From contig CAWDTA010000004.1 in NCBI GenBank assembly GCA_963805085.1, positions 410,233-474,232 on the forward strand: a stretch of 64,000 bases of DNA, given 5' to 3'. This DNA comes from an uncultured Veillonellaceae bacterium (GTDB lineage Bacteria > Bacillota > Negativicutes > JARBTT01). Shown here piece by piece: positions 41,181-51,218 of the stretch. Each line of letters opens with the position of its first letter. Positions within the stretch are counted from its first letter, which is position 1. The translations under genes were made by a program, and so were the position numbers. A model generated the notes under the pieces. That model saw only the letters and a program-made list of their open reading frames with translations. It did no database searches and was not told where the DNA came from.

Positions 41181-42236
41181 TTATTTATCATTTGCAAGAT
41201 CATTTAATTGCTCGGTAAGACTGGTAATTTCCTGTACACTGGCTGTCACTTCTTCAATAGCAGCGGCTTGTTGCTCAATCGTACAAGTAGTTTCGCCTCC
41301 CATATGCACGGTTTTGTCTACAGATATTTTTATAGTCGTCGTTAAATCTTTTATTTTACCAACCGTTTCTTTGGAGTCAGCCGAAAGCTTTCTAATTTCT
41401 TGGGCTACAACACCAAATCCTAGTCCAGCTTCGCCAGCTCTAGCTGCTTCAATGGCTGCATTTAGACCTAGTAAGCGAGTTTCATCAGCAATATCCTTAA
41501 TGAATTCCATGACTTCATCAATTTTACCAGTCACTGTATTTACATTTTTAATCTCATTATTTAAATTTGCTTGATTCCCACTAATATCGCTAGCCGAAGC
41601 TGCCAATTCTTCCATTGTTGCCGAAACTTGATGTAAATTATCACTCAATGTATCCGCCATAGCCTTTAGCTTTAATTGTTGATAAGCCGCCTTTGACATA
41701 TTATTAGCCACAAGAAACAGTACATTTGCCGCCGCCTCAATACTTTCACGTGATAATTGACGGATTTCTTGTACAGCTTCTACATAGCCCTCTTCGTCCA
41801 CGCCAATCTCTTTGGCAATCTTGCGGTACTTCTGATCCTGTGGAACAGTCGTTAGTACTTGTCCTCCTAAAATAGTACCAATCAGCCGTCCTTCTAGCAT
41901 AATAGGAGCCGCAAAATCAATAAGCCCTGCATGACACTCATAGACTACTGGTTTACCTGAACGAGCTGCTTCTTCGCCACCTTTACGATGTGATTCTGCA
42001 CAGCGTTTATCACCACATTCTGTGGAATGGGTATAGTCCATACAAAATCGAGTATAACTACTTGGATCCGTAAGAGGCTTTCCTTCGGGATCAACCGTCA
42101 CACTTGCTAAACCAACACCTTTAGCAAAATCATTCTGGAATTGTTGTAAAAATTCCAGATCAATAACGTCTGTCAATTTTATTTCACTCAAATTTAGTTC
42201 ACTCACTGTATTGTTTAAATTTTTCATTTGCACCAT
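41181..42236 (-). CDS. Cytoplasmic PocR-domain chemoreceptor
   Basis: PocR domain plus short MCP signalling domain [22 protein letters not shown]; no TM. Confidence 0.92.
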   Translation of the reverse strand: MVQMKNLNNTVSELNLSEIKLTDVIDLEFLQQFQNDFAKGVGLASVTVDPEGKPLTDPSSYTRFCMDYTHSTECGDKRCAESHRKGGEEAARSGKPVVYECHAGLIDFAAPIMLEGRLIGTILGGQVLTTVPQDQKYRKIAKEIGVDEEGYVEAVQEIRQLSRESIEAAANVLFLVANNMSKAAYQQLKLKAMADTLSDNLHQVSATMEELAASASDISGNQANLNNEIKNVNTVTGKIDEVMEFIKDIADETRLLGLNAAIEAARAGEAGLGFGVVAQEIRKLSADSKETVGKIKDLTTTIKISVDKTVHMGGETTCTIEQQAAAIEEVTASVQEITSLTEQLNDLANDK

Positions 42237-42522
42237 GATAACCCCTCCTATTTTTCATTTTATTATCTTTTGAACCCGCGTGTCTTTGTGTAAACTTCCA
42301 AATTTGAAGAGATGCTACCATTACCTCTAGTTCTGGTTCATTACCAATTAGCTTTTTTTCTTCGATAACTTCATCCACCATGATCATGATTTGAACTCCG
42401 TTGGTGTTGGTTATTACAGCTAAACCATTTGTTCCTGTGTTAGAGATAATTCCAATTACTTCTTCAACAGGGATACCATAGGTTTCGCCCACACACCGAA
42501 ATATGAGTAATTGTTTTCCCAT
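42199..42522 (-). CDS. Degenerate/shortened CheW-like protein
   Basis: [17 protein letters not shown] and IMVDEV retained, central NLRG region absent; GGAG RBS. Confidence 0.5.
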   Translation of the reverse strand: MGKQLLIFRCVGETYGIPVEEVIGIISNTGTNGLAVITNTNGVQIMIMVDEVIEEKKLIGNEPELEVMVASLQIWKFTQRHAGSKDNKMKNRRGYHGANEKFKQYSE

Positions 42523-42804
42523 TGCAACACCAGCTCTCCATCTTGCTGTTATGAATCAATCTTTGATATCATTTGCATTCAAGAAGTTTTACTGTCTTCA
42601 TTTTAGCCTACTACATCGTCACTAACATCCAGCAAAAGATATACCTAGAAAAAAAATTTTATCTACCTAAAGCTATTGAAATTCAAAAGATCAGACAATA
42701 TATACAACAAATATTAAAATCTATCAAAAGGTAGAGGAAAAAGTCGTTTTAAGTATAATATAAGAATTGAATAACGTATTTGAACGCAAGAAGGTGCTAA
42801 TTTG

Positions 42805-43479
42805 ATGAGTAAAGAAAAATGTCCTAAAATATTACTTGTTGACGATGATAACAGTTTTTTATCATCAATGCGACGCATTATGCGTGGTCATTTTGAAATT
42901 GTAACAACTACTGATCCCGTCCAAGCGCTAAAAATCATTGAACATCAGGGACCTTTTGCAGTCGTAATATCAGATTTTCGAATGCCTTTCATGAATGGCA
43001 TAGAGCTTTTCTCTAGAATCCATAGTTTTGATAAAAACATCCAACGAATCATGCTAACAGGCTGTGCTGAGCTTCAGATGGCAATCGATGCAATAAACCA
43101 TGGTAAAATTAATGCTTTTTTAACAAAACCAACACCATCTGGTTCTATTCGTTTAGTCGTTCTTGATGCCATTCGAGCCTATCATGAATGTATCGCCGAA
43201 GATACCCCAAACTTCGAAGGCGAAAAAAGATGTTTATTAGAAAACCGTAACTCTTCTCAACTACATACACCTTTAACAATAAAAGAAACAGAAGTTCTTG
43301 CTATATTAGCAAAAGGTTTTTCCAATGTGGAAATAGCAACTGAACTACAGGTAACCATCGGCACGGTAAAAACGCATTTGAACAATATTTTTGAAAAATT
43401 CAATGTAAATAACCGCACTAAGGCTGTTGCAAAAGGTAGGGAGCTCACTCTTATCAAAGACCCAATTACAGATGAATAA
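42805..43479 (+). CDS. Response regulator, receiver plus LuxR-type HTH
   Basis: LVDDD, SDFRMP, LTKP; LTIKETEVL..GFSNVEIA..TVKTHLNNIFEK. Confidence 0.92.
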   Translation: MSKEKCPKILLVDDDNSFLSSMRRIMRGHFEIVTTTDPVQALKIIEHQGPFAVVISDFRMPFMNGIELFSRIHSFDKNIQRIMLTGCAELQMAIDAINHGKINAFLTKPTPSGSIRLVVLDAIRAYHECIAEDTPNFEGEKRCLLENRNSSQLHTPLTIKETEVLAILAKGFSNVEIATELQVTIGTVKTHLNNIFEKFNVNNRTKAVAKGRELTLIKDPITDE

Positions 43480-43572
43480 ACCCGATACCCTTTAAATAAT
43501 AAAGAAAGTTAGTCCATATCTTTTATGATACGAACTAACTTTTTTATTATTTAATCGTGAACACTGATACGC

Positions 43573-45627
43573 TTAACTTCCATGCCTTTCATTGATTCCC
43601 ATAAAATCATGCTGTATCGGCAACTTTATTGTGAATTTTGTTCCTCTACCAAGGCAACTTTCAACAACAATATCCCCTTTGTGGCGATTGACAACGATGT
43701 CATAGGAAATACTAAGTCCAATTCCTGTTCCCTGACCAGTAGGCTTTGTAGTGAAGAATGGATTGAAAATTTGATTCAGATTTTCTGAGGAAATGCCAAT
43801 ACCATTATCTTCAACTTGGCAAAAAACGAACTGTGCATCGCACCACGTCACTATCTTAATTTCCCCTTTTTCTTCAGTGTTCCTTTCTTTAATGGCGTGT
43901 GCAGCATTAACTATGAGGTTAAGCAACACTTGGTTAATTTCACTACCAACCGCCTCAATGCTTGAAATTTCGCCAAATACCTTTTCAACGGCTGCATTAT
44001 GCTTAAATTCATTACAAGCCATCAATAATGTGTTCTCTAATCCCTTATGTAGATCATACTGCGTAAAAACTTGTTCTTGATCTATTCTTGAAAAAACTCC
44101 GATTCCTTTAACGATTTTGCATATTCTGTCTAACCCTTCATTTGTATCTCTAAAAAGTTCTGGAAGGTCATGGAGAATATAATCTAGTTCTTGCTCACGT
44201 TCCAATCTAAGAATTTGGTTCATTTTTTCAGAAATTTGTAGATCATCTTTGGTAGCGATACTAGTGCCAATTTCTTGGTACCCTGTAATGATGCTACGAA
44301 AAGCAGAATAATATTGTTCTAAGCTTTCGACATTATTCGTAATATACCCCAATGGGTTGTTGATTTCGTGAGCAACGCCAGCAGCCAGTTGTCCAATTCC
44401 CGCCAATTTTTCCTGCCTAATCAGATCATCCTGGGTTCTCTTTACCGTTTCTAACGCAATTGTCAACTCGTTATTTTTTTGTGTCAACGCCTCTTGGGAA
44501 CTTTTTAATATACGTTCTATTCTTTTTCTATCGTCGATTTCTTTCTGTATTTCCTCATTGTTATGGCGAAGTTCTTCGTTCAGTGCAACATGCTCCTCAT
44601 TCATTGCCATGAGTTCTTCATTCGCAGAAAATAGTTTCTGCGTTCTTTTTCTTACCTTAACCTGCAAGCTATCTCTAGCACGTTTCATTGCTTGAGAATT
44701 ACGTTTTTGCCTCTCAAACGCACTTAGCAGCAAAATAATAAACATGATAATCATAAAGGTAATCCCTGATGAAATATAATAATAACTAGCAATTCTTTGG
44801 TTTAAATCTTTAAAAGCTTCCTCTTCGTCAATTCCAACCACTACGACCAATGGATAGTCTTTTAAGGCACGATAGCTATAGACGCGTTTAACTCCATCAA
44901 CTTTACTTTTAGCAATATACTGACCAGTATCGCTAACTTTCAAATACTCCATTAGCGGACTGTCACTCAAATCAACTCCAATATGTTGATTTTGATCTAC
45001 CCCATGAGCTCTCACGATGCCATCTCGACCAGCTAAAGAAATAATAGCCCCTTTACCCAAATCGACTTGTTTATAAAATTCGCTAAAGTAAGAGGGGTCC
45101 ACAGAAATAACCACGATCCCACCAAATGAACCATCTGGGTTATTGATACGCCGAGTCATTTGAATGGACCATTTTCCCGAAGATCGCCCCACTAAAGGCT
45201 TACTTATAAATAACTGTCCACTATCAAAATCTTTATGTATAGAAAAATGCTCGCGATCGCTTACATTGGATGGTACAAACGGAACTTGACTACTGCTGGC
45301 TAAATCTCCGTTTTTATCTATGATACCGAGTAACAATAAGGGTTGCCCTATAAGCATTTCTCCGTCTATATATTGAGAAATATCAATATTTTTTCCCATT
45401 TTTTCATATTGATATTTTAGAAATAGTGAGATCTGATCTGCGCCCTTAATCGTACGTGAACTATGTTCTTCAAAGGAACGAGCCAAATTGCCAGCTTCTT
45501 TATATATAGAATTAATTTCCATTTTCCGTTCATTTTGCACTTTGTAATGAAGCCCTACCCAAAGAATACTAAGTAAAACAACTCCAAATAAAACAATCAC
45601 CACACTATTATTACTAGTAAATAACAA
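43573..45627 (-). CDS. Membrane sensor histidine kinase (Cache/PDC sensor, NtrB-like transmitter)
   Basis: Two TMs, SDREHF, GRSSGKW, AHEINNP, NLIVNA, DNGIG, PFFTTK, GTGIGL. Confidence 0.92.
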   Translation of the reverse strand: MLFTSNNSVVIVLFGVVLLSILWVGLHYKVQNERKMEINSIYKEAGNLARSFEEHSSRTIKGADQISLFLKYQYEKMGKNIDISQYIDGEMLIGQPLLLLGIIDKNGDLASSSQVPFVPSNVSDREHFSIHKDFDSGQLFISKPLVGRSSGKWSIQMTRRINNPDGSFGGIVVISVDPSYFSEFYKQVDLGKGAIISLAGRDGIVRAHGVDQNQHIGVDLSDSPLMEYLKVSDTGQYIAKSKVDGVKRVYSYRALKDYPLVVVVGIDEEEAFKDLNQRIASYYYISSGITFMIIMFIILLLSAFERQKRNSQAMKRARDSLQVKVRKRTQKLFSANEELMAMNEEHVALNEELRHNNEEIQKEIDDRKRIERILKSSQEALTQKNNELTIALETVKRTQDDLIRQEKLAGIGQLAAGVAHEINNPLGYITNNVESLEQYYSAFRSIITGYQEIGTSIATKDDLQISEKMNQILRLEREQELDYILHDLPELFRDTNEGLDRICKIVKGIGVFSRIDQEQVFTQYDLHKGLENTLLMACNEFKHNAAVEKVFGEISSIEAVGSEINQVLLNLIVNAAHAIKERNTEEKGEIKIVTWCDAQFVFCQVEDNGIGISSENLNQIFNPFFTTKPTGQGTGIGLSISYDIVVNRHKGDIVVESCLGRGTKFTIKLPIQHDFMGINERHGS

Positions 45628-45884
45628 ACCTTTAGAAATTCTGATATCATTTATTAGATTCTTCAGCAGACACTACTCCCTTCAAAACACTGTCCATTTC
45701 TACGTTTTATTCAATGCTAACGCGAAATTTTTATAATTATAATTATAAAGCATAAAGATTAATTTCTAAAGGTGTCCATCCATAAATAGATATTAATTTT
45801 ATTTAAATTTTAGATAGCAAATTAAATCCTTTTTGAATTCGATTTTTTAAACATAGAAGAAGATATTTTTCCTTATAGATTCTA

Positions 45885-47042
45885 TTATTTATTTAGTGCT
45901 TTTTCTTTATATCGATACTTACGTTCCCACCACATAAGCAGAGAAATAGAGAATGCCAACCACATTGTCCCAGCGGTGTAGCCGGCAAGGACATCACTGG
46001 GATAATGAACGCCTAGATAGATACGACTAATCCCAATCGAAAGAATGAATAATGCAGCACTGACCATAACAACCAAACGCCAACGCCATAATGGAATATT
46101 ACGAGCAATCAAAAAAGCAATCATCCCATAAAAACATAACGACACCATAGCATGCCCACTGGGAAAGCTGTATCCCGCTGCTTCCACAACCTGAAATGCG
46201 TCCGGTCTAGCACGTTCAAATAAACGCTTGAGCAACTCATTCAAAGCCACCCCACCTAACAAACAAATGAGCAGTCCTTTGACCTCTAGCCAACGTTTCT
46301 GTATCACCAATACGAGAAAGGCAGCTAATACGATAACTCCGTAGGTATAACCATACCCGAGATTCGTAATAATTATCATAATCCGATCTAGCGTCCCCGT
46401 AGCAAAATACTGCACCAGCCAAATAAAAGCATTATCAAAAGCCCCCATCGTATGACGAAAGATTGTTTTCCAAGCCAATTCTGAGAATACAATCAATGTA
46501 ATTCCGCTAATCGCGAATGTACTTGCAATATAAATTGATGGCCAACGATGTTGTAGTCGAAAAAACTGGCGTTTGATATAGCGATACCAAGCTACGTTAC
46601 GTAAAAAATGTATCATCGACCATATAACAAACGGAAAAATAAACACTGGAAAAATAAACAGTAAAAATAAAATACCAATAACCACATTTTTCAAGGGAAC
46701 GCCGCTAGCCGCAATAATCCATGGCTTACTTTCGATTTTTGCACCAGATTCACGATGAAGCTCACCACCTAAAATAATAATCTTACCGTCCACCTTAGCT
46801 CCATGCATAATGGTTAAATTGCCGTCCACGACGATAATACCTTCTTTAACAACTCCTGCTACAACTGCATCTGCGTTGGCAATTAAGAGCCGGTGAATCG
46901 TTTGTGATGACTCTATTTTGATATTTTCTTGTGAAAATATATCTACTTCCTGTACTTTTTCTTGTGCATAGACAAATACACAAAATTGTAGCAAGAATAA
47001 AAGCACAATGAGGATGCTGCCCATGCGTTTTTGGTAAATCAT
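45885..47042 (-). CDS. PAP2 family phosphatase with N-terminal extracytoplasmic beta-rich domain
   Basis: KRLFERARP, SFPSGHA, SRIYLGVHYPSDV; ATG 47042 behind GGAGGAGG. Confidence 0.88.
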   Translation of the reverse strand: MIYQKRMGSILIVLLFLLQFCVFVYAQEKVQEVDIFSQENIKIESSQTIHRLLIANADAVVAGVVKEGIIVVDGNLTIMHGAKVDGKIIILGGELHRESGAKIESKPWIIAASGVPLKNVVIGILFLLFIFPVFIFPFVIWSMIHFLRNVAWYRYIKRQFFRLQHRWPSIYIASTFAISGITLIVFSELAWKTIFRHTMGAFDNAFIWLVQYFATGTLDRIMIIITNLGYGYTYGVIVLAAFLVLVIQKRWLEVKGLLICLLGGVALNELLKRLFERARPDAFQVVEAAGYSFPSGHAMVSLCFYGMIAFLIARNIPLWRWRLVVMVSAALFILSIGISRIYLGVHYPSDVLAGYTAGTMWLAFSISLLMWWERKYRYKEKALNK

Positions 47043-47352
47043 CTTCTCCTCCTCCAAGCAACCCATATTACAAAATCTCGCTGTATTATATTTTCCAAAT
47101 TAAACTTAGCTATCCAGTATTCCTTCATTCAACTCCAGTTAAATGAAGAATATAGTATTATATTACACGATACCTAAATATTAGGAATGCTTTTATACGC
47201 ACACCTACAAGCTAACCATTAAAGTCAAACTTAATCGAATTGCTTTATGCTTATCTTTATTTTTAAAATTTTTTAATATGTAAATATATTTCTCCTTTAT
47301 TGGAACACTAATAAAGATTCCTTATTTAATCAAATTTAAAGGAGTTGTTGAT

Positions 47353-47541
47353 ATGAGAAAAGCTAAATTAGGTTATGGACCAAATGACAGGGGATATTTT
47401 AAGCAAAAACCACGTCTATACAAGGCCTATTCCGCTAAAGATTATACTTTACTTCCTGACCCAGTAAGAGATCCTATTGTATCAAACAACATTTCCAACG
47501 TTGAATTTGATTACACGTATGATCGAGGCGCATTAATCTAA
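47353..47541 (+). CDS. Small hypothetical protein
   Basis: AAGGAG RBS at normal spacing, downstream bidirectional terminator. Confidence 0.5.
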   Translation: MRKAKLGYGPNDRGYFKQKPRLYKAYSAKDYTLLPDPVRDPIVSNNISNVEFDYTYDRGALI

Positions 47542-47625
47542 CATAATATGAGTAAAATAAAATCATCTTGTGTAAGATTGTAACCATTAAAATTTCTGAG
47601 TGTTGTATATTGTTTTTCATAAGAA

Positions 47626-47672
47626 ATAATAGTAAAAAGCTATTGGCGATCGCCAATAGCTTTTTACTATTA
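47626..47672. terminator. Bidirectional terminator (perfect palindrome)
   Basis: ATAATAGTAAAAAGCTATTGGCGATCGCCAATAGCTTTTTACTATTAT; related copy at 50108-50150. Confidence 0.85.
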
Positions 47673-47704
47673 TATAGATATAAATTCTACTCTATGTAAA
47701 TTAT

Positions 47705-48568
47705 TTATTGAATAAATACTACCGAACAATTTTTCAAGAAATTACTTTCTTGATTTTTGGCTATAATCTTGTCAGCATCTTCCCTGGATATCACTGGGTT
47801 TCTACTAAAGTCTTTTACCTCAACTGCTTTTATTACCAAAGGATTGATGCCAGCAACTGCGAGGTCAGCTGGGTTATCAGTCTTGGCATAACTAGCGAGA
47901 CCTTTTTTAACAATCAAACTATTATCTACATTTTGAGAATTATAAATGGTTCTCCCCGTAACATCTAAAATATTTGGAGCCATCGCTCTTTCTAGACCTA
48001 GGCCTCTACAATCAATGACAACACCGGTAACCATACCTGCTGGAATTACTTCATTCTTAGGCGTTACTGGGATTGGCTGTATTGCATCACTGTTATTAGT
48101 TTTAGTTGCAGGAATTACTGGAGTTACCGGAGCCACAGGAACTGGTATCACTGCCACATGCTCCTCATTTTCCCATACAGCAGATGCCAAACTGTTTTTC
48201 GATCCAAAAATTGGCATAGTAATCGTAATCTGATAGTTCCCATCATCAAGTTTTTCTTCATCAACGATGCGAGCATTGCTAATAACGCCAGATACTAGCG
48301 TTTTAATCTTATCTTGCTTTACGGCCAATTGCTCTACTGTCGTATGATTTTCAATCTCTACACCATATACAATACTCGCAAGATTCCGATATGCATCTAC
48401 AACTGCTGCTCTTCTGGCTAAAGCATCCGCTGGCCCTTGCTTTGTAGCAGAATCCGGTGCAGCACCAACGCCTATTGCCGAAATAGTATTACTATTCCAA
48501 TCGACACCAATAGCAAAACACGTGTTGGATATGAATAGCGTGAACAAAAATATAATTATTTTTTTCAT
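47705..48568 (-). CDS. LPP20-family secreted protein (copy 1)
   Basis: Signal peptide, ARRAAVVDAYRNLA, TGVVIDCRGLGL..AMAP; closely similar to copy 2. Confidence 0.8.
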   Translation of the reverse strand: MKKIIIFLFTLFISNTCFAIGVDWNSNTISAIGVGAAPDSATKQGPADALARRAAVVDAYRNLASIVYGVEIENHTTVEQLAVKQDKIKTLVSGVISNARIVDEEKLDDGNYQITITMPIFGSKNSLASAVWENEEHVAVIPVPVAPVTPVIPATKTNNSDAIQPIPVTPKNEVIPAGMVTGVVIDCRGLGLERAMAPNILDVTGRTIYNSQNVDNSLIVKKGLASYAKTDNPADLAVAGINPLVIKAVEVKDFSRNPVISREDADKIIAKNQESNFLKNCSVVFIQ

Positions 48569-48594
48569 AAAACCAGCTTCTTTCTTTATGTAAA

Positions 48595-48860
48595 TTTTTT
48601 TAAAATTCCAAATCAATGATATGCTTTCTCATCCTTACTATCTTTATTAACCACACTAGGGGTTTGGTTACATATGATTGAAATGCTTGGTTATCGCCAT
48701 GAAGGCTACGAACAATAGCTGTTGCAGCTTTGCATAACTCCTAATGTAAATATGCCGTCTCTCCCAAATATATTGTTTAAATAGTGCTTTCCTAGGGAAA
48801 GATAAGTTTGGTGCTTTTATTATGAACATATATCGTATAAAATTTCAGGCAATTAGCACG
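48595..48860 (-). pseudogene. Decayed 3' remnant of a paralog of the 51219-52343 gene
   Basis: TTTGCATAACTCCTAATGTAAAT and ATGAACATATATCGTATAA match 51355-51377 and 51447-51465. Confidence 0.65.
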
Positions 48861-49190
48861 TAATTTTTAAAATTGATTTGGCTATCATTAACCTGCGCCC
48901 TACTCCTATCTCACATTCTCTGTAACTGTTTTACGATATAGTCTAATTTTCAATCTATACTCATTTAGAAATAATTCTAAATAAAGTGGTCACTTACTTT
49001 AACATTGCAAGATACTTATCACCGCATATGACAACATACCAAGCTATACCATGCAGAAATATTTTTAAATGCGATACTCCAAAATATCGTTTCTAAAATA
49101 AGCCAGCATTTCTGCAAGCAAGCTATTTATCAGCATTATTTAATTATACTTATACATTAAGATTATTTATTTCATCTTATCTGCTATAAC

Positions 49191-49231
49191 AATTTTAATA
49201 AAACATTCCCTATTTGTCAACTTTTAGCTAT
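49191..49231 (-). promoter_or_regulatory. SigA promoter, copy of the csgG-operon promoter
   Basis: TTGACA-AATAGGGAATGTTTTAT-TAAAAT; near-identical copies at about 53504-53544 and 53881-53920. Confidence 0.75.
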
Positions 49232-49446
49232 TATTTGTCTGAAAGAGTTTGTTAATCACTCAACTTTATGACCCGTACACCTCTCACCCCTGTGTTATAG
49301 CCTTTAATCACAATTTAGTGACACATGATTTCTCACCTATTTCTACCTTTTTTTTACAAAAAATTATTTTTTATTACTATCACATGTTCTAGAACTTTTG
49401 TCTTATCTTTTCACCTTGTTCAAAAAAAAATATATACAAAATGAAT

Positions 49447-49473
49447 TAAGTTTTTTTGTAAAGTTGTCGATAT
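49447..49473 (+). promoter_or_regulatory. Sigma28 (SigD/FliA) promoter
   Basis: TAAG-15 nt-GTCGATAT versus consensus TAAA-N15-GCCGATAT. Confidence 0.7.
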
Positions 49474-49541
49474 AAATATTGTGTGAAATAACTTATAGGA
49501 ACCAAGGATGAAGGAAACTATGGAAACAGGGATGATGACAC

Positions 49542-50057
49542 ATGATGAAAATGAGATCTACACCAGAGGAACTATCTGCCATTAAACTCGCCATGGAGAA
49601 GGAAAAATTAGCGCGAGTTTATAAACGATATCAAGCACTCTATTTATTTCTTTCGGGCAGAACCTGCAAAGAAATATCAGATTTGATTGGTATAACCTCC
49701 ATTACTGTATGTAATATTCACAGAGCATATAAAAAAGGAGGTCTTGATGTAATTCCTGATAAATCAAAACCAGGAAGACCATCACGATTAACCCAAGACC
49801 AACGCAATGAACTAAAACAAGTAATTTCAAACAGGGTACCATCTGAAGTCGGTTTTTTAACAAACTTGACTTGGACAGCAAACTTAATCGGCAAGTATAT
49901 CAAAAGAGAATATGGTTGCACATATTCTATTCGTGGAATTACTGGTATGTTGGCACGGATGGGCTTCTCCTACATCCACCCATCCTACGTACTTGCAAAA
50001 GCCCAACTAAAGCAAGATCAAGTTGCACAGAATTTTGAAACTGTGCAAAATTCTTAA
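49542..50057 (+). CDS. IS630-family transposase N-terminal HTH region only (no DDE domain)
   Basis: RYQALYL..G..EIS..G..TV..YKKGG..PGRPSRLT..WTA..G.TYS.RG..L.RMGFSY..PSY pattern typical of IS630 ORF A. Confidence 0.8.
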   Translation: MMKMRSTPEELSAIKLAMEKEKLARVYKRYQALYLFLSGRTCKEISDLIGITSITVCNIHRAYKKGGLDVIPDKSKPGRPSRLTQDQRNELKQVISNRVPSEVGFLTNLTWTANLIGKYIKREYGCTYSIRGITGMLARMGFSYIHPSYVLAKAQLKQDQVAQNFETVQNS

Positions 50058-50185
50058 AAAAAGTGTATTATTGCTCATAAAGTATAATGCTAAGCAAGCA
50101 ATTGCGAAACTAAAAAGCTATTGGCGATACCGTCAATAGCTTTTTTAGTTTTTATATACTCAGCCCTCTACTTTATTTAAATAAA

Positions 50186-51013
50186 TTATTCAATAAATAC
50201 TACCGAGCATGTTTTGAAGAAATGGTTTTCCTTATTTGCATCTAGTATCTTGTCACCATCTTCTTTTGAGACAACTGGATTTTTATTAGAATCTTGTACA
50301 GCCATCGCTTTCACAACCAAAGGATTACTTCCAGCAGATGTAAGATCAGCTGGGGCATCGGTGTTAGAATAACTAGCCAGACCGTTTTTTACAATAGTAT
50401 TATTATCTACATCTTTGGAATTGTAAATGGTTCTCCCTGTGATATCTACAATATTAGGCGCCATTGCTTTTTCTAGTCCCAGTCCTCTGCAATCAATAAC
50501 CACACCAGTAACAGTACCTACTGAAGTTTTTTCTAACTTAGGAGGCAATGGAACTGGCAGTAATATATCACTGTTCATTGGAGGAGTCGCAGTCACTGGC
50601 ATTTCATGATCCTCGTTTGGCCATACAGCAGCTGCTAAACTATTTGTCCCAAACAATGGCATAGTAAGCGTGATCTCATAGTTGCCATTATCAAGTTGTT
50701 CTTCATCAACGATGCGAGCATTCTTGATAATACCAGATACTGAAGTCTTAATTGTATCTTTTTTAACGGCCAATTCCGCCACTGTTGTATGATTTTCAAT
50801 TTCTACACCATATACAATACTAGCGAGATTTCTATATGCATCTACCACTGCAGCTCTTCTTGCCAAAGCATCCGCTTGCCCAGGCTTAATAGCATAATCG
50901 GGTGCAGCGCCAACGCCGATTGCTGAAATCGTATTACTGTTCCAATCAACACCAATAGCAAAACATGTGTTGGATATAAATAATGTGAATAAAAATATAA
51001 TTACTTTTTTCAT
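50186..51013 (-). CDS. LPP20-family secreted protein (copy 2)
   Basis: Start MKKVIIFLFT at 51013 by comparison with copy 1; same motifs. Confidence 0.8.
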   Translation of the reverse strand: MKKVIIFLFTLFISNTCFAIGVDWNSNTISAIGVGAAPDYAIKPGQADALARRAAVVDAYRNLASIVYGVEIENHTTVAELAVKKDTIKTSVSGIIKNARIVDEEQLDNGNYEITLTMPLFGTNSLAAAVWPNEDHEMPVTATPPMNSDILLPVPLPPKLEKTSVGTVTGVVIDCRGLGLEKAMAPNIVDITGRTIYNSKDVDNNTIVKNGLASYSNTDAPADLTSAGSNPLVVKAMAVQDSNKNPVVSKEDGDKILDANKENHFFKTCSVVFIE

Positions 51014-51196
51014 AAAAACAGCTTCTTTCTTTATGTAATTTATTTTTAAAGTTCTTAATCGATTGTACTGTTTATTATCCTTGATATTATGAATATAAAT
51101 CGTATAATTCTCAATGTATTTGCAGCATAAAAAAGCAAAACATGTTGTTGATAATAATAACGAAGACAAAAGCAAAAACAGCACTAACTTCTTCAT
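51014..51196 (-). pseudogene. Collapsed duplication remnant (signal peptide plus pieces of the upstream gene's 3' end)
   Basis: MKKLVLFLLLSSLLLSTTCFA then NYTIYIHNIKD (cf. NYTVYVHDIKD); AAAGAAAGAAGCTGTTTTTATG repeated at both ends. Confidence 0.6.
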
Positions 51197-51218
51197 AAAA
51201 ACAGCTTCTTTCTTTAAT

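Noticed and set aside
49542-50110. Intact, active IS630 element
   Set aside because: No DDE domain can fit before the terminator and next gene; no terminal inverted repeats recognised
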